Shown piece by piece: positions 1-12,639 of a stretch of DNA of 64,000 nt. The notes beneath the pieces are model-generated. The model made no database searches and was not told the origin of the DNA. It saw only the letters and a list, made by a program, of their open reading frames with translations. The stretch is taken from assembly GCF_006345805.1 (NCBI RefSeq), contig NC_043010.1, positions 61,690,001 through 61,754,000 of the forward strand, in the 5' to 3' direction. Position numbers and translations under genes: made by a program. This DNA is from Octopus sinensis. Its lineage: Eukaryota. Each line of letters opens with the position of its first letter. The first letter of the stretch is position 1.

Positions 1-490
1 TGGCTGTGATGCCTTTGATTGTAGGTCAGTTCAATCGCGTTAGGCCCGGGGCTAAACAACATCAAAGTGTACACGAGGCAACGACGGAGCCTCTTCATGG
101 TCGTTAGATCTGCTAGAAATAGCAGTCACAACACCATCAACACGCCAAACTGTGTTAAAAAAGGCGAAGGATACGTTAGATAAATATAGTTCTAGATATA
201 CTATGCCGGAAATAGAAAAAGGAATTGTCACGGAAGGAACGTCTTTGATCAGTGCTGACCTTGGACTAAGCAACACAAACTGCATGAACCAATGAGGGAA
301 CTTTTAAGCGGTCATTCGACCTGCTAGAAATAGCAGCAATATCTACAACCAAATCACACTATGCCTTCGAAAAAGGACACACTGGACAGTGAAGTCCTAG
401 ATATAAGAAACAGACGTGATGGTCATAACTGGAGCGCCTGTAGCCATAAGTCGTCTGATCTATCAGGGCTCACATGTGGTTTAACAACAG
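1..490 (+). mobile_element. Three clustered partial copies of an interspersed repeat (family S5, 'ctgctagaaatagcagc...ggggctaaacaac')
   Basis: The motif 'ctgctagaaatagcag' occurs at about 110 and 320, and 'ggggctaaacaac'-like ends occur near 55, 270 and 485. Related copies lie at about 1290-1470, 10260-10430 and 38105-38320. Confidence 0.7.
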
Positions 491-811
491 CTGATGATGA
501 TTATGGGTGATGGTGGTGGTATTGTAATGATGATGTTGATGACGATGACAATTTTGATGATGATGGTAATGATTTATTTCAATGAGGGATGAAACTAATT
601 AATCTTGGGGTAGTTAGCAATACCGAATTGATTAGAACTGAGAACAGACGACGCACCAGACTAGAGAGATGACCCTGGATTATTTAGTCACAGTCTGTCC
701 CCAATACAATGGACTGGAGGGGGGGGACACCCATGGACGCCTGCTGTAGGAAGCATTCATAGCCATGGGGTTGTTAACGTAGTAAATACAGTGAACCAAG
801 AAATTTTGATC

Positions 812-1187
812 GAGTGGCTGCGTGGTAAGTAGCTTGCTTCCCAACCACATGGTTCCGGGTTCAGTCCCACTGCGTGGCACCTTGGGCAAGTGTCTTCTGC
901 TATGGCCTCGGGCCGACCAAAACCTTGTGAGTGGGTTTGGTAGACGGAAACTGAAAGAAACCCGTCGTATATATGTTTCTGTGTGTGTTTGTCCCCCCCC
1001 CCCCCAACATCGCTTAACAACCGATGCTAGTGTGTTTACGTCCATGTAACTTAGCGGTTCGGCAAAAGAGACCTAAAGAATAAGTACTAGACTTACAAAG
1101 AATAAGTCCTGGGATCGATTTGCTCGACTAAAGGCCGTGCTCCAGCATGGCCGCAGTCAAATGACTGAAAAAATTAATAGAATAATT
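812..1187 (+). mobile_element. tRNA-derived SINE, family S1, near full length
   Basis: It has the head 'gagtggctgcgtggtaag...ggttcagtccc' with Pol III A/B-box-like motifs, an internal TA/TG tract and the tail 'ggccgcagtcaaatgactgaaa'. Many copies occur in the window. Confidence 0.9.
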
Positions 1188-1494
1188 AAAGCTACACCCT
1201 TAATGAGGAGGAGAAAAATCATTATCTTAATGCTTAATTAAATTTTTTGACGAGGTTAAGTGTTGTCTATTTTACACCAGGGAACCTGTAAATGGTGGCT
1301 AAACGTGCTAAACATAGCAGCTAAAATTCTTACATATCATATCTTACTGTCTTAAAAACAGACGAACACACTGGACAATTTAGTCCTTGATATACTATGT
1401 TGGACAGGTAGGACAGTTACAGGTAGAGCGTCTTTGACCATGGGTCAGTTTGATCAGTACCGATTGTTGGGGAGGAGGGGAGAGCGTTTTATAC

Positions 1495-1830
1495 AAAGGT
1501 CAATTAGATCGACCCTCAGTACGTAAATGGTACTTAGTTTATCGATCCTGAAAAGATGAAAGGCAAAGTTGACCTCGGCAGAATTTGAACTCAAAACATA
1601 GACAGACAAAATACCGCTAAGCATTCTTTTCTATTCTAGGCACAAGGCCTGAAATTTTTGTGGAGGGGGCCAGTCAATTAGATTGACCCCAGTATGTAGC
1701 TGGTACTTAATTTATCAACCTTGAAAGGATAAAAGGCAAAGGCGACCTCAACGGAATTTGAACTCAGAACATAAAGACAGACGAAATACCACCAAACATT
1801 TTACCCGGTGTGCTAACGCTTCTGCCAGCT
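1495..1830 (-). mobile_element. tRNA-derived SINE, family S2, tandem dimer
   Basis: Two successive reverse-complement copies of 'gagttcaaattc..gaggtcgactttgcctttcatccttt' are present. Confidence 0.85.
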
Positions 1831-2019
1831 CGCTGCCTTGTGCATGTAAATATTGGATGGAAAAAGTTGAGGGCTGCCAGTGGGAATTGAACCCACATCT
1901 ACAGTATACATGAGAGGTATTCTATCTCTAAACCAAAGTGATCCTTTGAATTTCTCTTCCCATTTTGCTTTTCTGAAAAGGGACTCAACAGCTCCAATCT
2001 CACATGACATCCGTTTTCC

Positions 2020-2700
2020 CTTGCTTTCATGAGTTGGACAGGTATTGGTCTTGTCACACAAGAACCATCCACTCGGATCCCTCGTCACATCTTCAAATAG
2101 CTGTCCTCCTCTTTATACATCCATCTTCATGTCTTTACCAATCTTCTTTCATCACATCCGATTCCACTTATACCCAGTTTTTTTCTCTTGGCTCGTTTGG
2201 GATCTACCTTGGAAGCACTCCGTCGGTTACGACGATGAGAGTTCCGGTTGATCCGATCAACGGAACAGCCTGCTCGTGAAATTAACGTGTAAGTGGCTGA
2301 GCACTCCACAGACACGTGTACCCTTAACGTAATTCTCGGGGATATTCAGCGTGACACAGAGAGTGACAAGGCCGGCCCCTTGAAATACAAGTACAGCAGA
2401 AACAGGAAGTAAGAGTGAGAGAAAGTTGTGGTGAAAGAGTACAGCAGGGATCACCACCATCCCCTGCAGGAGCCTTGTGGAACTTTTAGGTGTTTTCGCT
2501 CAATAAACACTCACAACGCCTGGTCTGGGAATCGAAACCGTGATCCTACGACCACGAGTTCGCTGCCCTAACCACTGGGCCATTGCGCCTCCACTTGTGA
2601 TCTACCATTCATAGACCCTAACACTGCTTACCCAGCAGAGCATGCTCACCTCATTTCTTTGAAGCTTTGACAAATTCTCAGCATTCACTGTGTGCATAGA
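2020..2700 (-). mobile_element. RTE-clade LINE 3' remnant interrupted by an S3 SINE
   Basis: The minus strand at about 2620-2690 translates to TVNAENLSKLQRNEVSMLCWVS, matching the RTE C-terminal motif 'RLERNEASMLRWM'. An RTE-type tail 'cctgtccaactcatg...ggaaaacggatg' lies near 2010-2045. Confidence 0.6.
2209..2598 (-). mobile_element. tRNA-derived SINE, family S3, full length
   Basis: It is the reverse complement of the 41675-42060 copy and is flanked by the direct repeat 'gatctacc' at 2201-2208 and 2599-2606. Confidence 0.9.
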
Positions 2701-2703
2701 TGT

Positions 2704-2895
2704 GGACATGGCTACACGGTAAGAAGTTTGCTTCCCAACCACATGGCTCTGGGTTCAATTCCACTGCATGGTACCTTGAGCAAATGCCTTTTACTTTAAA
2801 CTCAGGCTGAACAAAGCCTTGTGAGTGGATCTCGTAGATGGAAACTGAAAGAAGCCCATTGTATGTGTGTGTGTGTATGTATGTATATATATATA

Positions 2896-2928
<33 letters not shown>

Positions 2929-3180
2929 GATAGATACAAATATAGATGTGTGTGTGTGTCTTTGTGTCTGTTTGTCTCTCACCACCACTTAAAAACTGGT
3001 GTTGCTGTGTTTATGTCTCCATAACTTAGCAGTCTGACAAAAGAGACCGACAGAATAAGTACCAGGCTTTAAAAAAAATACAGTAAGTACGGAGGTCGAT
3101 TAATTCAACTAACAGGTCTTCAAGGCAGTGCCCCAGCATGGCCACAGTCTAATGACTGAAACATGTAGAAGATAGAAGAT
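2704..3180 (+). mobile_element. SINE S1, older diverged copy
   Basis: Head, body and tail motifs of S1 are recognisable, with CpG decay. Confidence 0.8.
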
Positions 3181-3689
3181 TCCCTGTCCATGTTTCACCA
3201 CCAGGCAACATCACACATTATCTACAAGCCTTGTACAATCTTCCCTTTACTCTCAGAGTGAAAAACAGAGGTAGAGGCCCCTTGTTGCCAACAGAAGCAA
3301 AAACTCCCTGAACTATTTCCACCCAATTTTCATCCTTTCCCTGACTCACACCTACGTGCTCCACGGATATTCGTCTCTGACTTTGCCTCCACCTCTATCC
3401 ATGTGCCACTCACCCCTCCCACAAACTGACCTACCTCCCCCACCACTTCTCTTCTCTTTCCCATTCCTATAATTCAAGGGTTTCTCATGACACATCACCA
3501 CCACCACCACCACCACCTGCCTTCTTTTCTAATTGAGGTAACCAAGTGTCTCCCATACAATCAGCCGACCCCTGTTCCTGTCCCCCATCATACTATATAT
3601 CCTCTCATCACCTGGCATTAAACCACCCGCTTCAATACTATGCTACTTTGCCCCCCAAGCTGAGTGGTGGCAGGGGGGGACTCTTCCAA

Positions 3690-3870
3690 GTTTCTTGGTA
3701 ACTTCACTAGTGCCAGTGCCACACAAAAAGCACCCAGTACCCCCTGTAAAGTGGTTGGCATTAGGAAGGGCATCCCCTGGTTTGCCAGCTCCTATTGAAC
3801 TATCCAACCCATGGAAAACAGACGGTAAATGATGATGACGATGACAATGTTGTGATGATGATGATGATGA
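3690..3870 (+). mobile_element. RTE-tail repeat (family S4) ending in (GAT)n
   Basis: It reads 'aaaagcacc...ggttggcattaggaagggcatcc...ccaacccatgg' followed by (gat)n. Further copies lie near 7565, 15330, 18860, 26180, 27790, 41480, 43515, 46205 and 61620. Confidence 0.75.
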
Positions 3871-4207
3871 CGACAACGACGACGATGAAGATGATACTAT
3901 ACTCTCTGAACATCCACTTTGACTATCAGTTAAGGCCCCATCAGTCAGAGAAAATATCAATTACTTCTCAGGTCCCTTCTGAGGTTTAAAACAGATATAT
4001 TTAACGCACCCTGTGAACAGCACTGAGACATCTGCCATATATAAAGTATATGCTCACCCCGCCACCATCAACAACCCGTGACCCCCCACCCCCACTACAT
4101 CCCATAGTTATTGTTTACATTGATTTGTTCAGGAGGAAGTGGTTGTGCCCATGGTCGTCCAAGCCCTCCACCTAACCACGGTAACCAGCTACCAATGTTC
4201 CACTTAA

Positions 4208-4798
4208 CCCTTTAGCATTTAATCTGGCCAGATCCAGCCAAAATATTCTACTTGCTCTATGTTCAAACTGGCCAGATCTGACCTTTCCTACCTATGCTAA
4301 AATATCATTTCAAACATTGGTAACAAAAGCACTCAGAGAGTGCAAACCTCTGCCCAGGCAACACCAACATCCTCTTGACGATTAGCCAGAGATGATTTTT
4401 AAAATGAGAATATCTGAAATAAACTCGATTGCTCTCACAAACGAGAATACTAATAATGAAGCCGAAGCGACTGCTCTCAAAAATTTTTTTAAAAACTGGA
4501 AAAATAATCCAGAATCCTTGTCTGGTACTGGATCAATCCCAAAATCTAATCAGTTTGTGCCAGTCATGAGGCCAAACATCACTGAAAGTTTCATCCGAAT
4601 CCATCCAGCAGTTCTTGAGATATCTTGTCCACGGACAAACAAACAAACACAACTGAAAACAATACCTCCGCCTTCGCTAAGGCAGAGGTGATAATCACAT
4701 CATCAGGATCTGAAGATTACAATATAATGCAGAATAAATTCTAAACAATGTGAATAGATAAGCATTACATTTGACTGGGTAAGCTCAAGACAAAAGGG
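4208..4798 (+). mobile_element. piggyBac-type MITE (TTAA-CCCT...AGGG-TTAA) containing a nested insertion
   Basis: TTAA at 4204-4207 is followed by CCCT, and AGGG at 4795-4798 is followed by TTAA. The body matches copies at about 5730-5912 (-) and 42261-42484 (+). Confidence 0.75.
4321..4693 (+). mobile_element. Helentron-associated non-autonomous element (HINE-like)
   Basis: A 3' hairpin 'acctccgcctt-cgct-aaggcagaggt' lies at 4664-4689. The 5' subterminal 'acctctgcc' (4346-4354) is the exact inverse of 4681-4689. The segment is absent from the other MITE copies. Confidence 0.6.
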
Positions 4799-4972
4799 TT
4801 AAACATCTACAGGTCAAAATATAAGCAGGGAGGAAATTTCAGTGGGAGGGCATTCTGGAGAAGAAAGATAGGGCATAGTGGTTGGTGTTGTCTTGGTAGT
4901 GATGGTGAGAGGAAGGGGAGGAAAGATGAGCGAGTTGGGTGTTGCTGAGTGGCAATGGTATGAAATGGGTTG

Positions 4973-5205
4973 AAGGCGGCGAACTAGCAGAATCCTTAGC
5001 ACGCCGGGCGAGATGCTTAGTGGTATTTCGTCTGCCGCTACGTTCTGAGTTCAAATTCCACTGAGGTCAACTTTGCCTATCATCTTTTCGGGGTCGATTA
5101 AATAAGTACCAGTTACGCCCTAGGATCAATGTAATTGACTTAATCCGTTTGTCTGTCCTTGTTTGTCCCCTCTGTGTTTCGCCCCTTGTGGGTAGTAAAG
5201 AAATA
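4973..5205 (+). mobile_element. SINE S2 with 16-bp target-site duplication
   Basis: The TSD 'ggtatgaaatgggttg' occurs at 4957-4972 and 5206-5221. Confidence 0.92.
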
Positions 5206-5729
5206 GGTATGAAATGGGTTGGGTTTGAAGAGGATCAGAGGCCTCTTTAGTAGTGGTAGACTGGACAGAGTGAGGAGACACAGCATGTCTGGGAAGGAGG
5301 GGAAGAGGTTGGGAGTGTTGTAGCAAGCACCTTCACACGGATCAGTCGATTCCTAATTATTTGGGTGTGATTTCAGGTGTTTATGGTGTGCAAGTGGTCT
5401 GTGAGTGTGTGTGTTTGTGTGTGTAAATATGCATAGAAGCAGCACCACCCTCCCCAAATGTGGTAGCAGCATTCTATTGTGGGGTTTCCCTTGAGCCTTG
5501 TAAAGGAATTTACGAATTGTTGGCTGGGATGAAGTATTTTCTATCCTTGAATAAGAAGGAAAGTGATGGACACACATCGTTTGCTGGGTTATGGCTCAAC
5601 AATAGGGTTTATCTAAAATTTCTCAAAGGCAAGAACTCCCCGGTGAATCATCTTCATTATCCTCATCATTATCATCATCACCATTTACCTCTTTAGTGTT
5701 CGCATTATTCTACCAAAATTAATGCCACT

Positions 5730-5912
5730 CCATCTACATTGTTCTGAACTAATCATGCATTATCTTGTAGCTATGAGATTTTGATGAGGTAGCTGTTAAT
5801 TTTTAAAACGACATTGTAGGGCTGGTGTGAGAGACCAGATCTGGCCAGTTTGAACATAAAACAGGCAGAATACTTTTGGTCAGATATGGCCGGTTTAAAT
5901 GCTAAAGGATTA
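5730..5912 (-). mobile_element. piggyBac-type MITE, partial copy
   Basis: It ends 'aaatgctaaaggattaa' and is the reverse complement of the start of the 4208 element. Confidence 0.7.
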
Positions 5913-6354
5913 ATGTCCATTTTCCATGCTAGCATGGGTTTGATGGTTTAAGAAGAGATGGCAAGGCCAAGAGCCATACTAGGTTCCATAGTCTGTTCTG
6001 GGCATGATTTCTACCACTGGATGCCCTTAATAATGTCGACAGTGGCAGCTTGTAGATAAAATTAGTGGGGGTTCTGCTTCAGAGAATTTTTAGCCATTGT
6101 TTTAATATTGTGTAAAAGGAAACAAACATATAAAAAGAAAATTTATACATAAACTTGATCAATTCACTGCCAAGAAGTGTGTTTAATTTTTTCACTGAAC
6201 ATCACTGCAAATTCCCCCTTGTTTTTCAAAAATCCCCCCTAAATCACAAAATACAGTGGGGGACATGTGCCCTATTTTTCAAATCCTGGCAGCAACACAC
6301 TTAGTTGTTAGTTGATAGAGCACCAGTAAAATCAATTCTTACATAAACTTTAAA

Positions 6355-6512
6355 AACTCCACAGAGGTTGTTGATGGTTTCTGTTATGTAGGAGTCCTAA
6401 ATAGCTACACAGGATGGGGTTACAAGAGGTACAGTGGCCAGAATAACAAGAGGACGGAAAAAGTTCAAGGAGTTATTTCCTCTGTTGGTAACAAAAGGAT
6501 TATCTGTTTGAT
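6355..6512 (+). mobile_element. RTE LINE reverse-transcriptase fragment (frameshifted)
   Basis: It translates to EVVDGFCYVG...VARITRGRKKFKELFPLLVTKGLS, matching the RTE motif 'VVDSFCYLG...GWKKFRELLPLL'. Confidence 0.7.
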
Positions 6513-7666
6513 AGAGAGGGACAGGATAATAATTTAATTCTACACTTTATGACATTCAAGAATATAAACACATTCTTAAGCACAACACACATGGAGCCAA
6601 AAAGAAACACTACCTTTCACCAGCACACAAGGGTCAGCACTGCACGAATGACAGTGCTCTCTTTCCCTAGTGTGAAGCTTCCTATCTCAGACATGTGAGC
6701 ATGTGCATAACTCGCTAGAACTGTGAAGTGCACAATTCTATACAAGGATTTTGTATTTTTTTCATAAACTAGGGGATGGCTACTGACATTAAAGCTTAAG
6801 GGTTATATAATGTACAAGAATAAAGAGAGAATTAAAGAAAAAAAGGACTCATTATATTGAATGTTATCGATAATATTGAGTGGAAATAGGGGGTGCTGCA
6901 GTCCTGCAGGGCCTATACATGAGCTGCCACTGAATGCTAACTGCTTTAAAGAGTGTACTGGGTGCTTTTTATGTGCCCCCGCCCACAACAGTGCTTTTCA
7001 AAATGAATACCATTAAGAAGTAGTTTTTCTTAGATCTGACTTCATGCGAGACTGGCAGAGAACTCTTGCAGGTGAATCCCCTTCACCAGAAGGAACAGAC
7101 TCAACACTGCTGCATATATACAATATATATACATGCATATGTGGGTACAGGACATCACAAACAGTAAACATGAAAACGAAAACAAAACAGTTGAATACAC
7201 AAACAATGAGAGAAACAAATAGAAAACAGGACAAATAACATAAAGAACAACCCTTCATCAGTTGTCGGGTGTCCATCTACTCCTCATTTCGAGCATTGTG
7301 TGTGTATATATATATGCACACACACACACACAATGGGCTTCAGTTCCCATCTACCAAATCCACTCACAAGGCTTTGGTCATGAAAGGGCTTTTAGCAGAA
7401 ATCACTTGCCCAAGGTGCCACACAGTGGGACTGAGCCTGAAACCATGTGATTGGGAAATAAACTTCTAACCACAAAGCAATGACTGCACCTCAAATACAT
7501 ACATACATATACGCATACACAAATACATACATAAATACACACACACACATATATATATATATGACTGGAGCCTGGTGCAGCCCCTGGCTTACCAGACCCC
7601 GGTCAAACCGTCCAACTCGTGCTAGCGTGGAAAACGGACGTTAAACGATGATGATGATGATGATGA

Positions 7667-7707
<41 letters not shown>

Positions 7708-7734
7708 CATAAATACACACATATTACACACTCT

Positions 7735-8000
7735 CCTGTCTTAGAAAGAACTTTTTCTTCATCCATTCCCTTCCGGTCATTTCAAAATGTAACCACATGT
7801 GAATCGTTGGCGATTTTCTTCCTCTGTTTACCCTTCTTTTGGACTTTTCTCTATTTCTGAAGAAGAGCTTTGCTCAAAACATAAGATCCTCTTTCTTTCC
7901 TTTCCTAAGAGTCTTTATTACAGTATTTGTGTCAAGTCCTCACGTTGTTGTTTTTTCTTGTTGGTTCTTCTTTGCTTGGATTCACCATATATATAGTTAA
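7735..8000 (+). mobile_element. Penelope-like 3' tail with decayed hammerhead core
   Basis: The motif CTGAAGA-A-GAGC-TTT-GCTC-AAAAC lies at 7857-7880. The segment is homologous to 27925-28110. Confidence 0.55.
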
Positions 8001-8309
8001 AATTCTAATTATATTTGGATATAAACCTTGAAGGATGCTGTGTAAAGCACTTCCACATTTATTGGCTACCTGATGTTAGCATCAGTAGTAATGCATGTGC
8101 TTATCAAAACAACTGTAGTGGATTTGAATAAAGAACTACATGAATAATTCCATTTTCTCTCTCTGATCTATTTACACACACACACACACACACACCATAT
8201 CAACCCATGCCAACATGAGAAACAAACACTAAATAATGATGATGATGATGGTGGTGATACTCACTTTCTCACACACAAACACACAAAGTGGAATCAGAAA
8301 TTTTCCCAG

Positions 8310-8990
8310 CGAGGCTTAAAGAAAAACTGCAACATCTCTCCAGTAAATAATACATTTCCTCTATCATTTATTGTGATGTATCATTCCCTTCAAAATGGTC
8401 CCCTTGGGAATATACACGATAAGCCCAGCATGGCTTTGATAACTCCAAAACAATGCGGAAGTGTTGTTGCTGAAGGTCACCAAATACCCCCTGCAGTTCC
8501 CTAAGAATTTCATCCGTCATTTCTAGGTGGCATCACTTCAGGAATCACAGAACAGCCACAGAGGAATAAGTTAGGCAAATATGGAGGGTGTGGAAGAACT
8601 TCTGGGAGATAAACTTTGGTGCAACATGATGGATGTTTAGGTTTCCCGAGAGAATTTCCTGGCAGACTCCAGGAAATCAACAATGGTCCTCAAGGATGAG
8701 ATGAAATTTTTTTCCTTATTTTTTAACTTTTTTGATCATGGTTACTCACTCTGAACACTTAGCAACCTGAATCAACCCTTCAGTCAACCTTGAAATACAC
8801 ATAAAACCCCAAAGGCTGTGTTTCACCTAATGGATGTCAGCCGAGACTCTGATGAAGCATTTCAAGGGTTCCAGTAGTAGATTCGTTCAACTTCATACAA
8901 AACTTGATGCAGGCAACATTGCTCAAATTGTCATGTATTATAAAAATAGTACAAATAGTAGAATTCTTCTAAAACAACACTGTTAAGAAC
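8310..8990 (-). mobile_element. Degenerate mariner transposon remnant
   Basis: The reverse complement of about 8380-8405 reads QGDHFEGN*, resembling the mariner C-terminus 'GDYFEG'. A TIR-like 'cgaggcttaaagaaaaactg' lies near 8310. Confidence 0.5.
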
Positions 8991-9039
8991 CTTGTGTAAT
9001 AATCAAACACAGGCAGAGCATATAAAGCATGTTTGCAGG

Positions 9040-9266
9040 GTGGTAAGCAGGCAGAATCGTTAGCACGCCGGGCGAAATGCTTAGCGGTATTTCGTTTGCC
9101 GCTACGTTCTGAGTTCAAATTCCGCCATGGTCGACTTTGCCTTTCATCCTTTCAGGGTCGATAAATTAAGTACCAGTTACGCACTGGGGTTGATGTAATC
9201 GACTTAATCCGTTTGTCTGTCCTTGTTTGTCCCCTCTATGTTTAGCCCCTTGTGGGTAGTAAAGTA
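9040..9266 (+). mobile_element. SINE S2 with about 20-bp TSD
   Basis: The sequence 'atataaagca(t/c)gtttgcagg' occurs at 9020-9039 and 9267-9286. Confidence 0.92.
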
Positions 9267-9391
9267 ATATAAAGCACGTTTGCAGGCTGGCACAGTGATA
9301 TGGCAGCAATGATGGTCAGATTCACATATTTTCCTACAGTACAATCACAGCATGGGCGGTCTAGAAATTTTCTGATAAAACCTTGTAGGTG

Positions 9392-9424
<33 letters not shown>

Positions 9425-10017
9425 AAATGAAAATTGTAGTAGAAGACATGACTGAGAACAAAAAAGACAATAAACAGGTACGGATAAAACCATATCATCA
9501 GCCGTGTTTTCATCCAGAGTCATTATGATTTCGGTGCTAAACACAAATATGTATACATACATATACACTTCAAAGAATGTCCTTACAACTATATATGCAC
9601 ACATGTCTTATCAAGACATATAAATATACTCTAAACAATATCCTTAAATCTAAATATGCACATACTATTATCACACACACACACACACAGATAGAAGGAG
9701 AGATAGATATAGATTAGTCTACCTTTCAGAAATAGAATCATTTTATTTTGACTATAAACGATATCTGTGCAGGGATTATCGTTTCATGTCTCGTGACTTT
9801 CTTCAGGGTCTTAGGAACACAGTTGAAGAAACTCGTGAGATTTGAAACGATGGTACATTTACAGGGTTTGTATTCCAACACACACACACACACGCATATC
9901 TGTATATATACATGCATACGTGTGTGTGTGTGTGTGTGAGGTGTGTGTATTTATATATACATATATATTTGTGCTTACTCCGGTGTACATATATACACAC
10001 ACACACATATATATATA

Positions 10018-10019
10018 TG

Positions 10020-10051
<32 letters not shown>

Positions 10052-10190
10052 TATAGATAGATAGATAGATGGATAGATAGATAAATGAATAGATAGATAG
10101 ATAGATAGATGGATAGAGAGAGAGAGAGAAAAAGAGAGAAAAGCAGAGAGATATGAGAGGGTGGTGATAGAGAGATAGATATACACAAGG
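10018..10190. repeat. (GATA)n/(GA)n compound microsatellite
   Basis: Read directly from the sequence. Confidence 0.95.
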
Positions 10191-10691
10191 AAGCTAGCGT
10201 CACGATTATCCCGCCTTCCCCACCATCATCAAATCTATACACAACCAATCACCACTACTATGCAGTGAAATGTGCTAGAAATAACAGCCAAATTTCCCTA
10301 AAATAACACCTTACTGTCATAATACAAAAAGGACACAAAGGATAAAAAGGGGATGGTCATGGCAAGACCGCTCTTGATCATAGAACGACAGCTCGATCGG
10401 GGCTGACTTGGGGCTAATCAACAAGAAAAACATAAGAGCCCCCGCCGCCACCGCCACATCAAGGCGAGCACCCCCACACACATCACTAACCAAAACAACA
10501 GCCACCAAATTTCAACGTTTACAACCACCACCTCGAGACACCAACCCCTACAACAACCACCAACTCCACCACCACCACCAGCATTACCGCCGCTGACACC
10601 ATCATCGCCTCTGCCTCCGCTATCACCACCACATTATCATCGCCAACACCCCCATCAGCAGCACCACCACGAGAGAGAGAAAAAGAGAGAT

Positions 10692-10734
<43 letters not shown>

Positions 10735-11626
10735 TGCAAGACAAAAGATAATCCATGTATTATTATTATTATTATTATTTATTTTTATCAATGGATGTCC
10801 TGATTTCTCGAGTCTGAACAGTTGATGGAGGAGGAGAAGAAGGGTGGGAGGCGAAAGTTTAGTTGGTCATCGGAGGACTACTACTACTACTACTACTACT
10901 ACTACTGCTCTCTCCCTCCTTCCTTCTCCTCCTCCTCCCCCTATCTCTATTAATCTTGTCTCTCTCTCTCTCGGTTTAAGATTCAGCTCTGGTTAGGGAC
11001 AACTGGCTTCCTTCTTGGCTGCCATACACAGAACCAAAGAGACACAAAAACCAATTATAATAGTCACAGAAGAAACAATAAAGAAGGAAAGAAAAACAAA
11101 AAGGGAGGGGATAAAATCCCCAGTTCACAGCAACACGAATCCAGTTACATATTGTGACACAAGCTATTCATGCACTTAAAATCACACAAACACGTAGAGA
11201 GAGACACACTTGAGAAAATTACAGACACACACAACCTCCATTTCCATACAAAAAAAAAGACCCCAGCTAATTATTACACACACACACACACAGAGGCGGC
11301 TTAAGATACAAGTTATTCCTCCCCCTCCTCCTCCGCCGCCTTCCACCGCATCCTTCTCTACTTCTGACACTCAAATCCCCTCACCGCCGCCAACACCACC
11401 ACCACATTCTGTGTTGTTCGTCTCCCACTCCCTCCCTCGTACTTAACGTTGATGACAGATAACAAACAGGACTTTCAGTAAGAGGGAGAGAGAGAGAGAG
11501 GTCTCGACTGGGGGCTGTAGACCGAATTTTGACCTGGCCTGCACTAAGGTTCTTCAATGTTGTGAAGGATAACATATACATACACACACACACACATATA
11601 TATATATATACTTTATTTTAACAAAA

Positions 11627-11664
11627 CTGTCCGACGAACGGGAACGTGAAACTCCGAGTAACAG
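11627..11664 (+). ncRNA. Minimal type I hammerhead-like motif with variant core (CCGACGA) in a Penelope-type tail
   Basis: Layout: CTGT / CCGACGA / ACG-GGAA-CGT / GAAA / CT-CCG-AGTA / ACAG. Stems I, II and III all pair, and the cleavage triplet is GUA. Confidence 0.5.
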
Positions 11665-11760
11665 CTTTTGTTAAATTTCTGCTGCTTTTAAGTAAAGCAT
11701 ATTACTCTACCTCTGGTATTTGAGTACTCTTTTTTCCACCTTGTTTCACATTTATGTGTT

Positions 11761-11809
<49 letters not shown>

Positions 11810-11882
11810 GAGAGAGAGCCAAGTTCGTTAGATCGAGATAGACACAATATATATATATATATGTATGTATGTATGTATACTC

Positions 11883-12272
11883 TTTACTCTTTTACTTGTT
11901 TCAGTCATTTGACTGCGGCCATGCTGGAGCACCGCCTTTAGTCGAGCAAATCGACCCCGGGACTTATTCTTTGTAAGCCCAGTACTTATTCTATCGGTCT
12001 CTTTTGCCGAACCGCTAAGTAACGGGGACGTAAACACACCAGCATCGGTTGTCAAGGAATGCTAGGGGGACAAACACAGACACGCAAACACACACACACA
12101 TACATATATACGACAGGCTTCTTTCAGTTTCCGTCTACCAAATCCACTCACAAGGCTTTGGTCGGCCCGGGGCTATAGCAGAAGACACTTGCCCAAGATG
12201 CCACGCAGTGGGACTGAACCCGGAACCATGTGGTTGGTAAGCAAGCTACTTACCACACAGCCACTCCTGCAC
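11883..12272 (-). mobile_element. SINE S1, full length
   Basis: It is the reverse complement of 62272-62710 with high identity. Confidence 0.93.
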
Positions 12273-12431
12273 CTATGTATATATATTCTTTTATTTGTTT
12301 CAGTCATTTGACTGCGGCCATGCTGGAGAACCGCTTTTAGTCAAACAAGTCTTGTACTTATTCTATCGGTCTGTTTTGTCGAGGCTTCCAGTAGAAAGGG
12401 ATTATTATTAGCATTATTATTATTATTAAAA

Positions 12432-12626
12432 AGTGGTGAGCTGGCAGAATCATTAACACACCAGACAAAATGTGAAGTGGTATTTCTTCTGGCTTATTGT
12501 CCCGAGTTCAAATTCCACTAAAGTTGGCTATGCCCTTCATCCTTTCGGGGTTGATAAAATAAGTACCAGTTGAGTACTGGGGTCGATATAACTGATTCGC
12601 CCCTCCCCCCAATAGTAGAAAGGATT
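12432..12626 (+). mobile_element. SINE S2, diverged
   Basis: It contains 'gtggtgagctggcagaat...gagttcaaattcc...catcctttcggggttgataaaataagtacc'. Confidence 0.8.
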
Positions 12627-12639
12627 ATGAATTAGTAGA

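Noticed and set aside
4392-4691. 99-aa ORF
   Set aside because: It lies wholly inside the HINE-like insertion, begins at a non-ATG codon and has no domain similarity.
11511-11532. miR-10-like string 'ctgtagaccgaatttt'
   Set aside because: The seed does not match and there is no convincing precursor hairpin.
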